Positions 28,154 to 39,819 of a DNA stretch of 64,000 bases are shown here, in pieces. This DNA comes from Clostridium tanneri (GTDB lineage: Bacteria; Bacillota; Clostridia; Clostridiales; Clostridiaceae), in assembly GCF_033659955.1 (NCBI RefSeq), contig NZ_JARUJP010000006.1:138434-202433 (forward strand), written 5' to 3'. Each line of letters begins with the position of its first letter. Within the stretch, counting starts at the first letter, position 1. The position numbers and the translations under genes were made by a program. The notes beneath the pieces were generated by a model. The model saw nothing but the letters and a program-made list of their open reading frames with translations, searched no databases and was not told where the DNA came from.

Positions 28154-28378
28154 TTTTTCCCCTCCTATTATTAAAACATTAATTTATAGCTCAATTATAT
28201 CACAGCTTTTGAGATATTACACATGAAAATAATTATGGAATTGGTTTAATTTAGAATATTAAATCAAATGACAAATTCAGTACTTTATTTATAGCTTAAT
28301 TTGCTTTATATGTTATAATTAAAAATAGTAATTTTAACCTAATCTTAGAACCATTAATTTAATAAGGGGGGTTTTTAA

Positions 28379-29308
28379 ATGAGTGCTATGTTTAAGGTTA
28401 TCCTTTCAATGGCTATATGGGGAAGTATTGGACTCTTCGTCAAAAATATTGATTTACCATCAATTGAAACTGTATTTCTTCGTGCAACCATAGCTAGTAT
28501 ATTTCTTATAGTATATGGTTTCACGAGAAAAAGTATAAGCAAATCTAGTTCCATAGAAAATAGTCTAGAATCTCAATCTATAAATAAAAATGATGATAGA
28601 AAAAAAATCTACATCCTAATTGCCTCTGGTATAACCATGGCATTTAACTGGATGCTTTTATTTCAATCCTACAAATATACTACTATTTCAAACGCTACCT
28701 TAAGTTATTACTTTGCTCCAGTGTTTGTAATACTGTTGTCACCCTTTATCCTAAAAGAAAAATTTACTAAATCTAAATTTTTTGCTGTAGCTGGTGCTAT
28801 GCTTGGTTTATTCCTAATATTAAACAACCAAGGGGTTACTTCTAGCGCTAATTACAATCATATTAAAGGAATTATTTTTGGGCTTATGGCTGCAGTATTT
28901 TATGCTTCAGTTGTTTTATTAAACAAGTACATAAAGGGTTTGTCCGGTTATGAAATGACTGTAGTTCAGATCTCTACCGCCGCAATAGTATTACTTCCAA
29001 TTATAATATACAGAAACAATTTGCATATCTCTGGATTAAAAAGCCTAATATTTATTCTTATAGTTGGAATAGTACATACAGGAATACCTTATTTATTATA
29101 CTTTTCCGCTATGAAGGATTTAAAAGCTCAAAGCATAGCTGTAGTAAGTTATATCGATCCTATATCCGCTGTCATCTTTGGCTTTGTATTCCTAAAAGAA
29201 ACTATGACAGTATTCCAGGTAATTGGTGGTTTATTAATTTTATTCTCAACCTTTTTTGGCAGCAAAGAAAAAAAGGTCTCAGAATCCCCATCTGAAACCT
29301 CTGTATAA
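28379..29308 (+). CDS. DMT-superfamily (EamA-like) transporter
   Basis: About 10 TM helices with two EamA repeats. Confidence 0.8.
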   Translation: MSAMFKVILSMAIWGSIGLFVKNIDLPSIETVFLRATIASIFLIVYGFTRKSISKSSSIENSLESQSINKNDDRKKIYILIASGITMAFNWMLLFQSYKYTTISNATLSYYFAPVFVILLSPFILKEKFTKSKFFAVAGAMLGLFLILNNQGVTSSANYNHIKGIIFGLMAAVFYASVVLLNKYIKGLSGYEMTVVQISTAAIVLLPIIIYRNNLHISGLKSLIFILIVGIVHTGIPYLLYFSAMKDLKAQSIAVVSYIDPISAVIFGFVFLKETMTVFQVIGGLLILFSTFFGSKEKKVSESPSETSV

Positions 29309-29336
29309 TTGTAAAACCATAGAGTTTAGAGAAACT

Positions 29337-31235
29337 CTATGGTTTTAGATATTTAATAAATTTATCTACTAATTCAGGGTCGAATTGAACACCACCACAT
29401 TTTTTAAGTTCTTCTATGGCTTCCCTCTTACTCATGGGTTTTTTATAAGGACTATTACTTGTCATTGCATCATAGGCATCTACAATAGATATTATCCTAC
29501 ATTCTATAGGAATACGTACTCCTTTCAATCCTATTGGATATCCATTCCCATCCCAAGCTTCATGATGCTTTAGTATTAGTTCTGCGATATGCTCCAAAGC
29601 AGTAGCATGTTTTGCTATTCTATAACCTATCTCACTATGCCGTTTCAACTCCTTTTTTTCCTCATCATTTAGCATACCAGGTTTCTGCAACAACTCACTA
29701 GACACCCCTACCTTACCAATATCACGAAATTCAGCTAAAAGCCCTATTGAGTTTATGATTTTCTTTGGCAGCCCTAAATTAGCAGCAAATCCAACGGATA
29801 TCTTTTTCATTCTTTCTATATGTCCCTCTGTAACAAAATCTGTTTCCTTTAAAGCTTTTATCATAGTTTTCATTATTGCATTTCTATTACTCTCTCTATT
29901 GTGTAACTTACATATGTACATATCATTGTCTGCTTGTTTAAAAATATCCTTCATAGACTTGAATGTTTGTCCACTGAAAGCTATTCCCTTTGATATACTC
30001 AGATGCAGTCTATTATTGTTTTTATTGTATGTTTTTATTTCATTTTCAATTTTACTATTTAACTCCTCTATTTCTTTTTTACTAGTATTTTTCAATACAA
30101 CTACAAATTCATCTCCACCAATTCTGGCAACTATGCAATTACTGCCACATGCTTTTTTTAGAACTTCCGTAGTAGCTATTAGTAATTCATCACCTACAAA
30201 ATGACCTAGGGTATCATTAATTATTTTTAATCCATCTAAATCACAAAGAATTAACCCAAGATTTTGAGATTTTTTACTATCATGTTCATTGCTAATACTG
30301 TGGAAATAAGTCCTGTTATATACCTCTGTAAGGCTGTCGTATAAACTCATCTTTATAAGTTTTTCTTCCATTAACACTCTGTCTGTAATATTTTGAAATG
30401 TAATTACCATTCCTATACTCTTTCCACCTTCTATTTGTATTGGTGCTGCTGATATACTTATGTTATATGCTTTTTTATCTTTAGAAATCAACTGAACATT
30501 TTCTTCACTTTTAAAAGTTTTCCCTTCATTTATCACTGTCATAAGTATAAGGTCTTTTCTCTCACTATCATCATCATAGCTTTTTCCCCATGACACATTA
30601 AATATATCAGTTAACGCACTCCCTTCAGCTTCAGTTACTGAGTGTCCAGTGAGTTCTGCAGCAGCATTATTCATAAAATTTATTTTTCCTTCTCTATCTG
30701 TAGCTATAACTCCGTCTCCAATACTAGATAGAGTTACCTTAAGCCATTCTTTTTGTTCTTTCAGTGCCTTTTCAATAACTTTCTGCTCAGTTATATCTTC
30801 GTATACAGCATATATACCTATTTGAGTATTGCTTACTATTATAGGAAAGGCTGTCATCTTTACATTTACTAATTGTCCATCTTTTCTTTTTCTAGTAGTT
30901 TCCCGACTTACAAAGCCACCTTGTAAAACGATTTTAGATATATCAAAAGCGTCTTTTGTCAATTTTCTATCTGCTATTACCTCATTTATGGATTTCCCAA
31001 CTACCTCATTAAGTTCATACTTAAAAATCTTTGTAAAACTCTTATTTATACTTATTATTTCATCTTGATTATTAAGAATGGCTACTGCCTCAAAGGAATT
31101 TTCATAAAGCTGACTAAAGTATGCCATCTGAAGTTTAAATTCATTTTTTATATTGATGCAATTAAATTTCAGCTTCTTATTCTTGCTGTTCCTTTTTCTC
31201 CAACTACAAGTTATACAACTAATTTTATCTTCCAT
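29337..31235 (-). CDS. PAS-PAS-GGDEF-HD-GYP signalling protein (c-di-GMP)
   Basis: GGDEF (RIGGDEFVVV), HD (HSEIGYRIAKH) and GYP (HHEAWDGNGYP) motifs. The exact start is uncertain. Confidence 0.8.
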   Translation of the reverse strand: MEDKISCITCSWRKRNSKNKKLKFNCINIKNEFKLQMAYFSQLYENSFEAVAILNNQDEIISINKSFTKIFKYELNEVVGKSINEVIADRKLTKDAFDISKIVLQGGFVSRETTRKRKDGQLVNVKMTAFPIIVSNTQIGIYAVYEDITEQKVIEKALKEQKEWLKVTLSSIGDGVIATDREGKINFMNNAAAELTGHSVTEAEGSALTDIFNVSWGKSYDDDSERKDLILMTVINEGKTFKSEENVQLISKDKKAYNISISAAPIQIEGGKSIGMVITFQNITDRVLMEEKLIKMSLYDSLTEVYNRTYFHSISNEHDSKKSQNLGLILCDLDGLKIINDTLGHFVGDELLIATTEVLKKACGSNCIVARIGGDEFVVVLKNTSKKEIEELNSKIENEIKTYNKNNNRLHLSISKGIAFSGQTFKSMKDIFKQADNDMYICKLHNRESNRNAIMKTMIKALKETDFVTEGHIERMKKISVGFAANLGLPKKIINSIGLLAEFRDIGKVGVSSELLQKPGMLNDEEKKELKRHSEIGYRIAKHATALEHIAELILKHHEAWDGNGYPIGLKGVRIPIECRIISIVDAYDAMTSNSPYKKPMSKREAIEELKKCGGVQFDPELVDKFIKYLKP

Positions 31236-31394
31236 ATCCCTATCACCATATTCATAAATTCTTTTTAAATCTTAAAAATAATATATATGTACTTTTTCTT
31301 ATTAAAAAGAACGAAATTTTTTCTCCAAAATTTCGTCCTAAAAAGGTATATTAATTATTGATATCTTATATCTTAAAACTAAAAATTAATACCG

Positions 31395-31850
31395 TTAATG
31401 TTTAGACATTGTAACTGCTTCTATCTGTAGTTTTACCGGATTATTAATGGTGTCTACTACTGGTGCCTTTTCTTGCAAAGTTTTAATTAAACTATCAATT
31501 TTTCTGGAGCTTTCATTAGTATCTAACAGTAACCTACAACTTATTCCGCTATACCCTGATCTTACATCCTTTATTCCAAGTATACCATCAGTATCAAATT
31601 CTCCTTCCAATTCAACTGAAACGCCTTCTAAATCAATATTATGCTTTTTAGCATAGTTAATTGTTGTGATAACTTGACATCCTCCTAAAGCACAAAGTAA
31701 CGCTTCCATAGGATTCATAGCATAATTTTTTTCCGGATTCTCTTCTGATTGTTGAAGAGTAAAAGTAAATCCTCTACTTTCACATTTTACTGTTGTACTG
31801 TTATATAAACTGATAGCCTTTGCTTTCAATGTTAATGGTGGCATATTCAA
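31395..31850 (-). CDS. OsmC/Ohr-family peroxiredoxin-like protein
   Basis: OsmC fold signature LLCALGGC. Confidence 0.8.
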   Translation of the reverse strand: MNMPPLTLKAKAISLYNSTTVKCESRGFTFTLQQSEENPEKNYAMNPMEALLCALGGCQVITTINYAKKHNIDLEGVSVELEGEFDTDGILGIKDVRSGYSGISCRLLLDTNESSRKIDSLIKTLQEKAPVVDTINNPVKLQIEAVTMSKH

Positions 31851-31940
31851 ATCACTCCTAGCTCATAATTAACTTTCTTAATTTATTATGAGCATTTAAA
31901 TACCTTTTATTAATGCAACATATTTACAATAGTGCCACCT

Positions 31941-32051
31941 TTATTGCTTTTTATTATTTTTCAAATTTTTTACTAGGGCATAGGCCAAAAAAATAAACAA
32001 TAATACAAAGGTAGGTGTGGCACCATAGTATAATATTTTATCAAAGTCCAT
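31941..32051 (-). CDS. small membrane peptide (36 aa), unannotated
   Basis: Minus strand: AAAGGGTGAGTTTT-ATG, encoding MDFDKILYYGATPTFVLLFIFLAYALVKNLKNNKKQ*. This is the internal Met of the 77-aa track ORF. Confidence 0.2.
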   Translation of the reverse strand: MDFDKILYYGATPTFVLLFIFLAYALVKNLKNNKKQ

Positions 32052-32396
32052 AAAACTCACCCTTTCAATTAAACTATAACTAAATTTTACTTTACAAATA
32101 AAATATTCTATATATTCCGTGAAAACCCTTTTTTTATAATAGTTATTAAAAAACTTTACTCTTAATGCTCCCATTTTAAACTATTATACTAATGTGAGTA
32201 ATTTCATATACTAGTGGGTAAAATAGCTAATACTGTTTTATTCTTATAAAAATTACTTGGTACCTATTTAACTTTTCTAAATATGTTATAATTAAGAAAG
32301 AATTTTATTAATTAAATAAAATTCTTCAAGAAGTTAACTACGTGAAACTTAAAAATCAAATATAAAAAATTATAACTGTAAGGAGGTGGAAATAAG

Positions 32397-33821
32397 TTGA
32401 AAACTACTCTCTATTGGTTATTTTTAATTAACGCAATAGTATCTATATTTATAATTATATTAGAAAGGAAAAATCCAGAAAAAACTATTGCTTGGCTGCT
32501 AGTTTTTATTTTATTTCCTCCTATAGGTTTTTTTCTATATATATTCCTAGGACGAAACTGGAAAAAGCATAAACTTCATAATGAAACCAATATAAATGTG
32601 GAAAGACTAATCTATGAGGCAATAAAAAATGTAAAAAATAACAGTTACACTACTTTAATCGAATTACTCTCAAAAAACAGTGAGTCCCCTCTTTTTAAAG
32701 ACAATAGTATCAAAATCTTTAAAGATGGTACAGAAAAATTCGAATCATTAAAGGAAGAACTGTTAAAAGCTAAAAATCATATTCATATGGAATACTATAT
32801 TGTAAAAAGTGATGGTATAGGTAGTGAAATAAAAGAAATTCTTATAAAGAAATCTTTAGAAGGAGTGAAAGTAAGATTAATATTTGATAGAGTAGGCTGT
32901 ATAAAGTTAAAAAAATCCTACATCACAGAACTTAAAGAAGCGGGAGTAGATATAGTTCAATACTCTTATTTCTTAGCACCTTTGCTTAGGTATATTAATA
33001 CTCAAATTAATTATCGAAACCATAGAAAAATTGTAGTAATAGATGGCCAGGTTGGCTTTGTTGGAGGTATAAATATAGGAGATGAGTATATAGGAAAAAG
33101 TAAATTTGGATACTGGAGAGACACTCACATTATGGTAAAAGGTGATTTCGCCTATGGTCTTCAAGCAGTATTTTTAGATGATTTTGCAACTATAAAGTCA
33201 GCCAATAAGGAAGAGTTTTCCTACGGAGACAATTTCGAAGATTTTTTTCCCCAAACCAAGTATGGCAACGGAAAACTAATGCAATTAGTAAAAAGTGGAC
33301 CTGATTCAGAATTTCCAGCAATCGAGCAGGCAGTTTTAAAAATGATAAGTATGGCACAGGACCATATTTATATAACAACTCCTTATTTTATCCCAAGTGA
33401 AAGCATCTTAAATGCTTTAAAAATTGCTGTACTAAGCGGCGTTAGTGTTCATATTTTATTTCCTGGAAAATATGATCACCTCCTAGTTCATTATGCTTCA
33501 AGAACATATCTAGAAGATTTAGCTAGAAATGGGGTAAAGATATATTTTTATGACTATAATGGATTTATCCACGGGAAAACTACTTCTATAGATGGAAAGA
33601 TATGTACAATAGGCACTGCTAATATGGATATAAGAAGCTATGTATTAAACTATGAAATCAACGCTGTAATTTACGATGAGGAAACTACAGAAGAACTGGA
33701 AAATTTATTTTTTGAGGACTTGAAAAGAAGCAAAAGGATAACAGAAGACTTTTTTAACAATCTTTCTCCAATTACAAAAGCCTTTGAAGCCTTCTGCAGA
33801 ATGTTTTCATCACTATTATAA
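32397..33821 (+). CDS. cls: cardiolipin synthase
   Basis: Two N-terminal TM helices and two PLD HKD motifs (HRKIVVIDG and HGKTTSIDG). TTG start after AAGGAGGTGGAAA. Confidence 0.9.
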   Translation: MKTTLYWLFLINAIVSIFIIILERKNPEKTIAWLLVFILFPPIGFFLYIFLGRNWKKHKLHNETNINVERLIYEAIKNVKNNSYTTLIELLSKNSESPLFKDNSIKIFKDGTEKFESLKEELLKAKNHIHMEYYIVKSDGIGSEIKEILIKKSLEGVKVRLIFDRVGCIKLKKSYITELKEAGVDIVQYSYFLAPLLRYINTQINYRNHRKIVVIDGQVGFVGGINIGDEYIGKSKFGYWRDTHIMVKGDFAYGLQAVFLDDFATIKSANKEEFSYGDNFEDFFPQTKYGNGKLMQLVKSGPDSEFPAIEQAVLKMISMAQDHIYITTPYFIPSESILNALKIAVLSGVSVHILFPGKYDHLLVHYASRTYLEDLARNGVKIYFYDYNGFIHGKTTSIDGKICTIGTANMDIRSYVLNYEINAVIYDEETTEELENLFFEDLKRSKRITEDFFNNLSPITKAFEAFCRMFSSLL

Positions 33822-33896
33822 GAAGTATTATGGGACACAAAAATTTGAAGCACCAGTGTTCAGTGCTTCAAATTTTTGTATCGCATAAAACTGCTT

Positions 33897-35900
33897 TTAT
33901 GATACTATTTCCTCACTACCTTCTTTAATAAGTCCTTTTCTATAAGCTATTAAAAGCTTTTCTAAATCAGCTACTCTTTCTCTTAAGCCTACTCCTACAT
34001 CAGTATCTGCAACTCTCTTTCGTGCAACTACATGTTCTAATATTCTAGTAGAGGAGATGATATCCTTGTCCTCTTGAACCGCCCTTTTAATAGCTGCAAA
34101 TGGTTCGTGGGATGTAAGCAACAGACCATAGGAATTATAAATTAGTGTATATCCTGCAATCCCTGTTTGTGGTTGATAAGCTTTACAAAAGCCCCCATCA
34201 ATAACAAGAAGCCGTCCATTTGCTTTAATAGGACTCTCCCCTTCCTTAGTTTTTACAGGAATATGTCCATTAATAATATGGGAAGTATTAGGATTAAGAT
34301 TAAACTCAGATAAAATATTCTTGCATACCTGTTCATTATCTCTATACTTATAATAATAATCTTTTTCCTCATAATGAGTGGATTTATCGTCAATGAAATA
34401 TCTTTCAAAGGTAGTCATTCTCTTCTTCCCAAATACAGGTGAATCTGGTCCACACCATAAATACCACATCATGTCCATTCCGTATTTCTTCAATTTAATG
34501 TCATCTTTGAAGAAATAGGAATCTCTTGCAACCCTGTCAATTCTATCCAAAAGTGCCTTACCACTATATTTTATAGTTCCTATTTTTACTTCTTTAAAGC
34601 TTCCATCTTCTTTTAAAGGTATACATCCATGGAATAAAAGATTAGAATTATAAGTTAAATACATACTTCCTTTACTATATAAAAACTTAATATGTCTCTG
34701 TAATTTTTCACTGTTAACAAAAGATGCTGTTAGCTTTTTAAGTAAATCTTCTTCTCTCTCAGTTAACTTATAAGGATCGCTCCAATCAACAGTTGGAAAC
34801 ACTATATCATTAAGTTTATAATTTTTTCCGTATAACTGGATTTCTTCGGTTTCCACATTTATTTTATCTAAAAGCAATCTGTCATCCATTTGAAACTCTG
34901 GATGCCTTTTAATAATATGACCTTCTACTTTAAATTGAAGCAAAGAAATAGCCTTATGCATCTTAGCAAGAAGATTTAATTCATTTTCACTTACATTCTT
35001 GTCTAATGTTTTAGATACAAAGCCCTTGCAGGAATCATCATTGTAAAACTCCATAGCAAAGGTAGCTAAAGGTAGTAGATTAATGCCATATCCATCTTCA
35101 ATAGTTCTGAGGTTCGCATATCTAAGGGATATTCTAAGTACATTACAGATACAAGCCTCACAGCCAGCTGCAGCTCCCATCCATAATAAATCATGATTTC
35201 CCCACTGTATATCTACTGAGTGATGATCCATTAATGCATCCATTATTATTTCAGCACCAGGTCCCCTGTCATATATATCTCCTATAATGTGTAATCTATC
35301 TACTACTAATCTTTGTATAACGTTAGATATAGCAATGATAAATTCTCCTGCTCTATCTATATCGATTATAGTTTTTATAATACCATTATAGTACGCCTGT
35401 TTATCCACTCTATCATCATGTTCATGAAGCAACTCTTCAATTATATATGCAAAATCTTGAGTTAAAGCCTTTCTAACTTTCGAACGAGTATATTTTGAAC
35501 ATATATTTTTGCACAAATCAATTAGTTGATAAAGAGTTATTTTATACCAGTCCTCAAGATTAGTTTCCGTTTGCTTAATCAGCTCTAACTTTTGTTCTGG
35601 ATAGTAAATTAATGTTGCAAGACTAGACTTTTGCTCTTCCCTAAGTGAATTTCCAAACACATCGTCAATCTTTCTTTTTATCACACCTGAAGCATTTCTA
35701 AGCATATGGGTAAAGGACTCATATTCACCATGAACATCAGTCATAAAATGCTCTGTTCCTTTGGGCAAGTTTAAAATCGCCTGAAGGTTAATTATTTCCG
35801 TACTAGCAACTGAAATTGTTGGATATTGCTTAGATAATAATTGCAAATATCTTAAATCTTTTTCTATTAAATCCAAATTATTTTCATCATAGAAAATCAT
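33897..35900 (-). CDS. fbp: fructose-1,6-bisphosphatase class 3
   Basis: 667 aa, typical FBPase class III length and motifs ([12 protein letters not shown]). Confidence 0.9.
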   Translation of the reverse strand: MIFYDENNLDLIEKDLRYLQLLSKQYPTISVASTEIINLQAILNLPKGTEHFMTDVHGEYESFTHMLRNASGVIKRKIDDVFGNSLREEQKSSLATLIYYPEQKLELIKQTETNLEDWYKITLYQLIDLCKNICSKYTRSKVRKALTQDFAYIIEELLHEHDDRVDKQAYYNGIIKTIIDIDRAGEFIIAISNVIQRLVVDRLHIIGDIYDRGPGAEIIMDALMDHHSVDIQWGNHDLLWMGAAAGCEACICNVLRISLRYANLRTIEDGYGINLLPLATFAMEFYNDDSCKGFVSKTLDKNVSENELNLLAKMHKAISLLQFKVEGHIIKRHPEFQMDDRLLLDKINVETEEIQLYGKNYKLNDIVFPTVDWSDPYKLTEREEDLLKKLTASFVNSEKLQRHIKFLYSKGSMYLTYNSNLLFHGCIPLKEDGSFKEVKIGTIKYSGKALLDRIDRVARDSYFFKDDIKLKKYGMDMMWYLWCGPDSPVFGKKRMTTFERYFIDDKSTHYEEKDYYYKYRDNEQVCKNILSEFNLNPNTSHIINGHIPVKTKEGESPIKANGRLLVIDGGFCKAYQPQTGIAGYTLIYNSYGLLLTSHEPFAAIKRAVQEDKDIISSTRILEHVVARKRVADTDVGVGLRERVADLEKLLIAYRKGLIKEGSEEIVS

Positions 35901-36440
35901 ATTGTTTATCTCCTTTAAAGCATTATTACACTAAATTAATGATATACTTTATTTAATTTTCCCAAACATTTAGTATACTTTATAATACATATTATACAAT
36001 TAGTATAACATATACGTGCATATAAAAACAATTTAATTTTTGCTTACCTAGCATATAGGTTGCATGTTGATTTAACTTTGCAGCTTTCCTTTCTTTGAAT
36101 TTTCTAAATATTCTAAAACAAGCGTTGATTTTAAATCTTCATATGCTATAATAATTATAGGAAGTAATGTTTATTGCTTCTTATAGTTTCTAATCCAGCT
36201 TATTTAGGACTCTCCCCCTAAATATGTATTGTTATTTCTCAACCCCTTTAAAATATCGAATTTTAATCTTATAAAAATAGAGATTATAATAATTTTGAAA
36301 GATCTTATTTTCAACTTATTATAATCTTCAAAATTTCTATATTGGAAATATTATTATCTTTGCTTTGAAAGCTTTTAGCTTATAAGTAACTATAATATAA
36401 TTCTAAAGAACCAAATGTATTTAGGATTAGAAGCTAGTTA

Positions 36441-36474
36441 AACAGCTGATTCATACTAATGAATCAGCTGTTAT
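36441..36474. terminator. hairpin terminator downstream of the MCP gene
   Basis: AACAGCTGATTCAT acta ATGAATCAGCTGTT, a perfect 14-bp stem. Confidence 0.5.
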
Positions 36475-36482
36475 TTCAGTAT

Positions 36483-38492
36483 TTATATATTAAATTTATC
36501 TGTCTCATCATTAAGCTGCTTTACTACATCATTTAGCTTAAATGTAAATTTAGAAACTTCCTCAGTGCTTGCCATCATTTCCTGAGAAGATGCTGAAATT
36601 TCCTCTGAAGCCGCAGACGTTTCTTCTGCTACTGAAGTTACTTCTTCTATTTTACTTAAAACTAATTCTTTGGATTTCATAGTTTTTTCTAGAGATACAT
36701 AAGAGTCATTTACCAATGGTGTTATATTGGATACAGCCTTAATCATATCGTCGAAAGATATAATTGTGTTCTTTACAATGTTAACCTGGTTTTCCACCAA
36801 GCTTTTAACATCATTTGACGTTGTTATTACCTCTCCAGTTTCACTGCTTATTGAATAAATTAATCTTTGTATTTCTTCAGTGGACCCTTTTGATTGTTCA
36901 GCGAGTCTTCTTACTTCCTCTGCTACCACCGCAAACCCCTTGCCTGATTCTCCTGCCCTTGCCGCTTCTATCGCCGCATTAAGAGCTAAAAGATTTGTTT
37001 GTTCTGATATTCCATTTATTACCTCTGTTATATTTCCCACCTTTGACACACTGGTATTCAAGCTGTTAACCTTATCCACCACCATTTCAAAGGATAGCTT
37101 TATATCTTGAATTGATTTTAACAAAATATCAATTTGATCTTTTCCAGCTGCCGCCTTATCTCCAGTAGCATCTGAGCTTTCTTTTACTATGGATATTTTT
37201 CTTTCTATATTTTCTAGTTCATCAGATAGACTAGACATATGATTAGCAACCTCAACTAGAGCATTGGCCTGCTCTTCTGCTCCCTTAGTTACCTCCTGAA
37301 TTGCTCCTGCAACTTCACTTGCAGCACCACTCATATGCTCTGCATTCATATTTAGACTTTGTGCCATATCATTTACATTGGCACTTTGCATTTTTATCAT
37401 TCCCATGGTTTTTTTAAGACTATCTGACATATTCCTAAAACTTAATGCCAGTACCCCTATTTCATCATTACTTTGAATAGATATCTCATTATCAAAATCC
37501 CCCTCAGATATCTTCTTTGATACTTGTACTAGTTTCAAAAGCGGATCTATTATTCCCCTAGATATTTTCATCATAATTAATGAGGATATTATAAAAGCAG
37601 CTAATGCAATGGCTGAAATTAACATTACTGTATTATATACAGTCTTGGTTACGTTTTCTAGAGACAACCCTATATCTATAGCTCCTATATGAGCACCATT
37701 TTTATAAACTGGAACTAATACATCATATACTTTTACCTTATCTTTATAAAGGAAAGTTGAAGAATGTGTCTTTCCTTCTACTGCTGCTTTTTTACTTCCT
37801 TCATCATTGAGTGATATTCCAATTCTATCCTTTTCACTATGAGCTACAGCTTTTAAGTTTTTATCTATAAATAATGCATACACTATATTTTTATCCTTAG
37901 TTAAATCTTGAATTAAAGTTTGCAGCTGTAGATTTTCACTTAATTTTTGAACTTTATTTGCAAGTACTCCTATTTGAACCATTCCACCATTTTGGTTTGC
38001 TATATAACCATATTTATAGTAGTTGTCACCTACAGAGCTTTTTCTTATAGCTTCCATAAGCTCGCTTTTCTCATTCTTTAGCACTGAGTTAGAGATATGC
38101 TTATCGTCAAATACGAATCCTATATTAGGTTGTAAATTTGAATAAACTATCTTTCTACTAGAATCTACAATGTTTATTTCATCAACTTCAAATTGCTTTG
38201 CTATAGCTAGTAAATATTCATTATTTACGCTATTAGAGTTAGTTACAATGAAATTTCCTAAAGTTTTTATTCTAGTGTCTATAGACTCATTTAAAGTATC
38301 TATAGCAGCACTGTTTTTCCCAAATTCGCTTGCCAATTGATTTGCCATATTTGCCCCATCATTCTGCATTTGGCCTATTATTTTGCCTCTAGCGATAGTA
38401 ATAGCTACTGTAGCTATTATAGCTATAACTATAAACATTATAGTTAAAGGCACTGTTAAAATCTTTAATTTTATGGATATATTTTTTTTCAT
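36483..38492 (-). CDS. methyl-accepting chemotaxis protein (dCache-type sensor, HAMP, MA domain)
   Basis: Two TM helices flank the periplasmic sensor. HAMP and a conserved MCP signalling domain ([15 protein letters not shown]). Confidence 0.85.
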   Translation of the reverse strand: MKKNISIKLKILTVPLTIMFIVIAIIATVAITIARGKIIGQMQNDGANMANQLASEFGKNSAAIDTLNESIDTRIKTLGNFIVTNSNSVNNEYLLAIAKQFEVDEINIVDSSRKIVYSNLQPNIGFVFDDKHISNSVLKNEKSELMEAIRKSSVGDNYYKYGYIANQNGGMVQIGVLANKVQKLSENLQLQTLIQDLTKDKNIVYALFIDKNLKAVAHSEKDRIGISLNDEGSKKAAVEGKTHSSTFLYKDKVKVYDVLVPVYKNGAHIGAIDIGLSLENVTKTVYNTVMLISAIALAAFIISSLIMMKISRGIIDPLLKLVQVSKKISEGDFDNEISIQSNDEIGVLALSFRNMSDSLKKTMGMIKMQSANVNDMAQSLNMNAEHMSGAASEVAGAIQEVTKGAEEQANALVEVANHMSSLSDELENIERKISIVKESSDATGDKAAAGKDQIDILLKSIQDIKLSFEMVVDKVNSLNTSVSKVGNITEVINGISEQTNLLALNAAIEAARAGESGKGFAVVAEEVRRLAEQSKGSTEEIQRLIYSISSETGEVITTSNDVKSLVENQVNIVKNTIISFDDMIKAVSNITPLVNDSYVSLEKTMKSKELVLSKIEEVTSVAEETSAASEEISASSQEMMASTEEVSKFTFKLNDVVKQLNDETDKFNI

Positions 38493-38879
38493 AAAGTTCT
38501 TCCTTTCAAAGTTTAATTATACTTTAATTGTCGTAAAAAATTAGCTTTTTTTAATATTTTACAGACAATTTTAATTTTGTAGATGGTAAACTTTATTTGT
38601 AATCTTATTAAAACTTAAAATTTTATAGTTCCTTATTTTGATAACATTTTCTCTAGAGAGCCTTTAGTTCAGTCTCTTCATTAGTTAACTAACATCACTA
38701 AGAAAATATTTTCTTCAACATTTTATAATAAAATATTACATTTTTACAAATAGATTTTAGCACAGTTCAAAGAGAAAATCACTATTATTTAACTATTTAT
38801 TTTTATGTATTAAATTTTTAAAATATATCAGATCTCGTAATCAGCAAATAAACTGTCTATATAAAACTATTTTTCCCAA

Positions 38880-38912
38880 AGCAAAAAGAGCTCTTCAGTT
38901 GAACAGCTCTTC
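38880..38912 (-). terminator. pflA terminator
   Basis: Minus strand: AAGAGCTGTTC aact GAAGAGCTCTT followed by TTTGCTTT. Confidence 0.5.
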
Positions 38913-38953
38913 TTAACTTAGGGGATTACCAAAGCCCTTTATTATTATTCCAC

Positions 38954-39670
38954 TTAATTATTTAACTCTTCTTTTAAAGTATTTTCTAACTCTTTCAAGT
39001 CTTCTTCATCCATAGTCTCTACATTCTCCAATTTGTACTCTATGCCAAGTTTTTTATACTTGTCAACACCTAAAGTATGATATGGAAGAAGTTCTATCTT
39101 TTCAACATTTTTTATATTTCTTATCATTCCAGCTAATTTTAAAATATGCTCTTTAGAATCCGTTATACCTGGTACTATTACATGTCTTATCCAAAGCTTG
39201 GTACCTGCCTTTTGCACAGCGTCCAAAAACTCATCAAAACCTCTTTTACTAGCTCCAGTTAAGTCTTTATAACCTTCGTCAGTAACATGCTTTATATCAA
39301 GGAGAACTAAATCTATATATTTTAATATTTCCTCATACCCTCCTCTACCATAGCCTGCGGTGTCTATGGTAGTATGGATTCCCGCATCCTTGCATAGTTT
39401 TAATGTTTCTACTAAAAAATCCGGCTGCATTAAAGGATCTCCACCTGAAAATGTTACTCCGCCACCATCCTTAAAATAAGGTTTAAATCTTATAATCTTT
39501 TTCACTAATTCCTGTGGTGTTATCTCTGTTCCTCCAGCAAAGATCCATGTATCTGGATTGTGGCAGTAGGAACATCTTAAAGCACAGCCCTGCATAAACA
39601 CTACAGTTCTAATTCCAGGCCCATCTACTAAACCCATACTCTCAAAGGAATGTATTCTTCCTAGTGTCAT
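38954..39670 (-). CDS. pflA: pyruvate formate-lyase activating enzyme
   Basis: CX3CX2C motif (CALRCSYCHN), glycine-radical activase family. Immediately downstream of pflB. Confidence 0.9.
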   Translation of the reverse strand: MTLGRIHSFESMGLVDGPGIRTVVFMQGCALRCSYCHNPDTWIFAGGTEITPQELVKKIIRFKPYFKDGGGVTFSGGDPLMQPDFLVETLKLCKDAGIHTTIDTAGYGRGGYEEILKYIDLVLLDIKHVTDEGYKDLTGASKRGFDEFLDAVQKAGTKLWIRHVIVPGITDSKEHILKLAGMIRNIKNVEKIELLPYHTLGVDKYKKLGIEYKLENVETMDEEDLKELENTLKEELNN

Positions 39671-39819
39671 TTTATTATCCTCCCTTTGTAAAATTTAAAA
39701 TTCGAAAGTTTTCTTAGCAAAACTAAATCTATCGTTAGCTAAAACTTTAGCCCGCTGCATTAAAACAACGGGCCCATCCATGATGTTATATAATTATAGG
39801 GGATACTACAATATACTAA

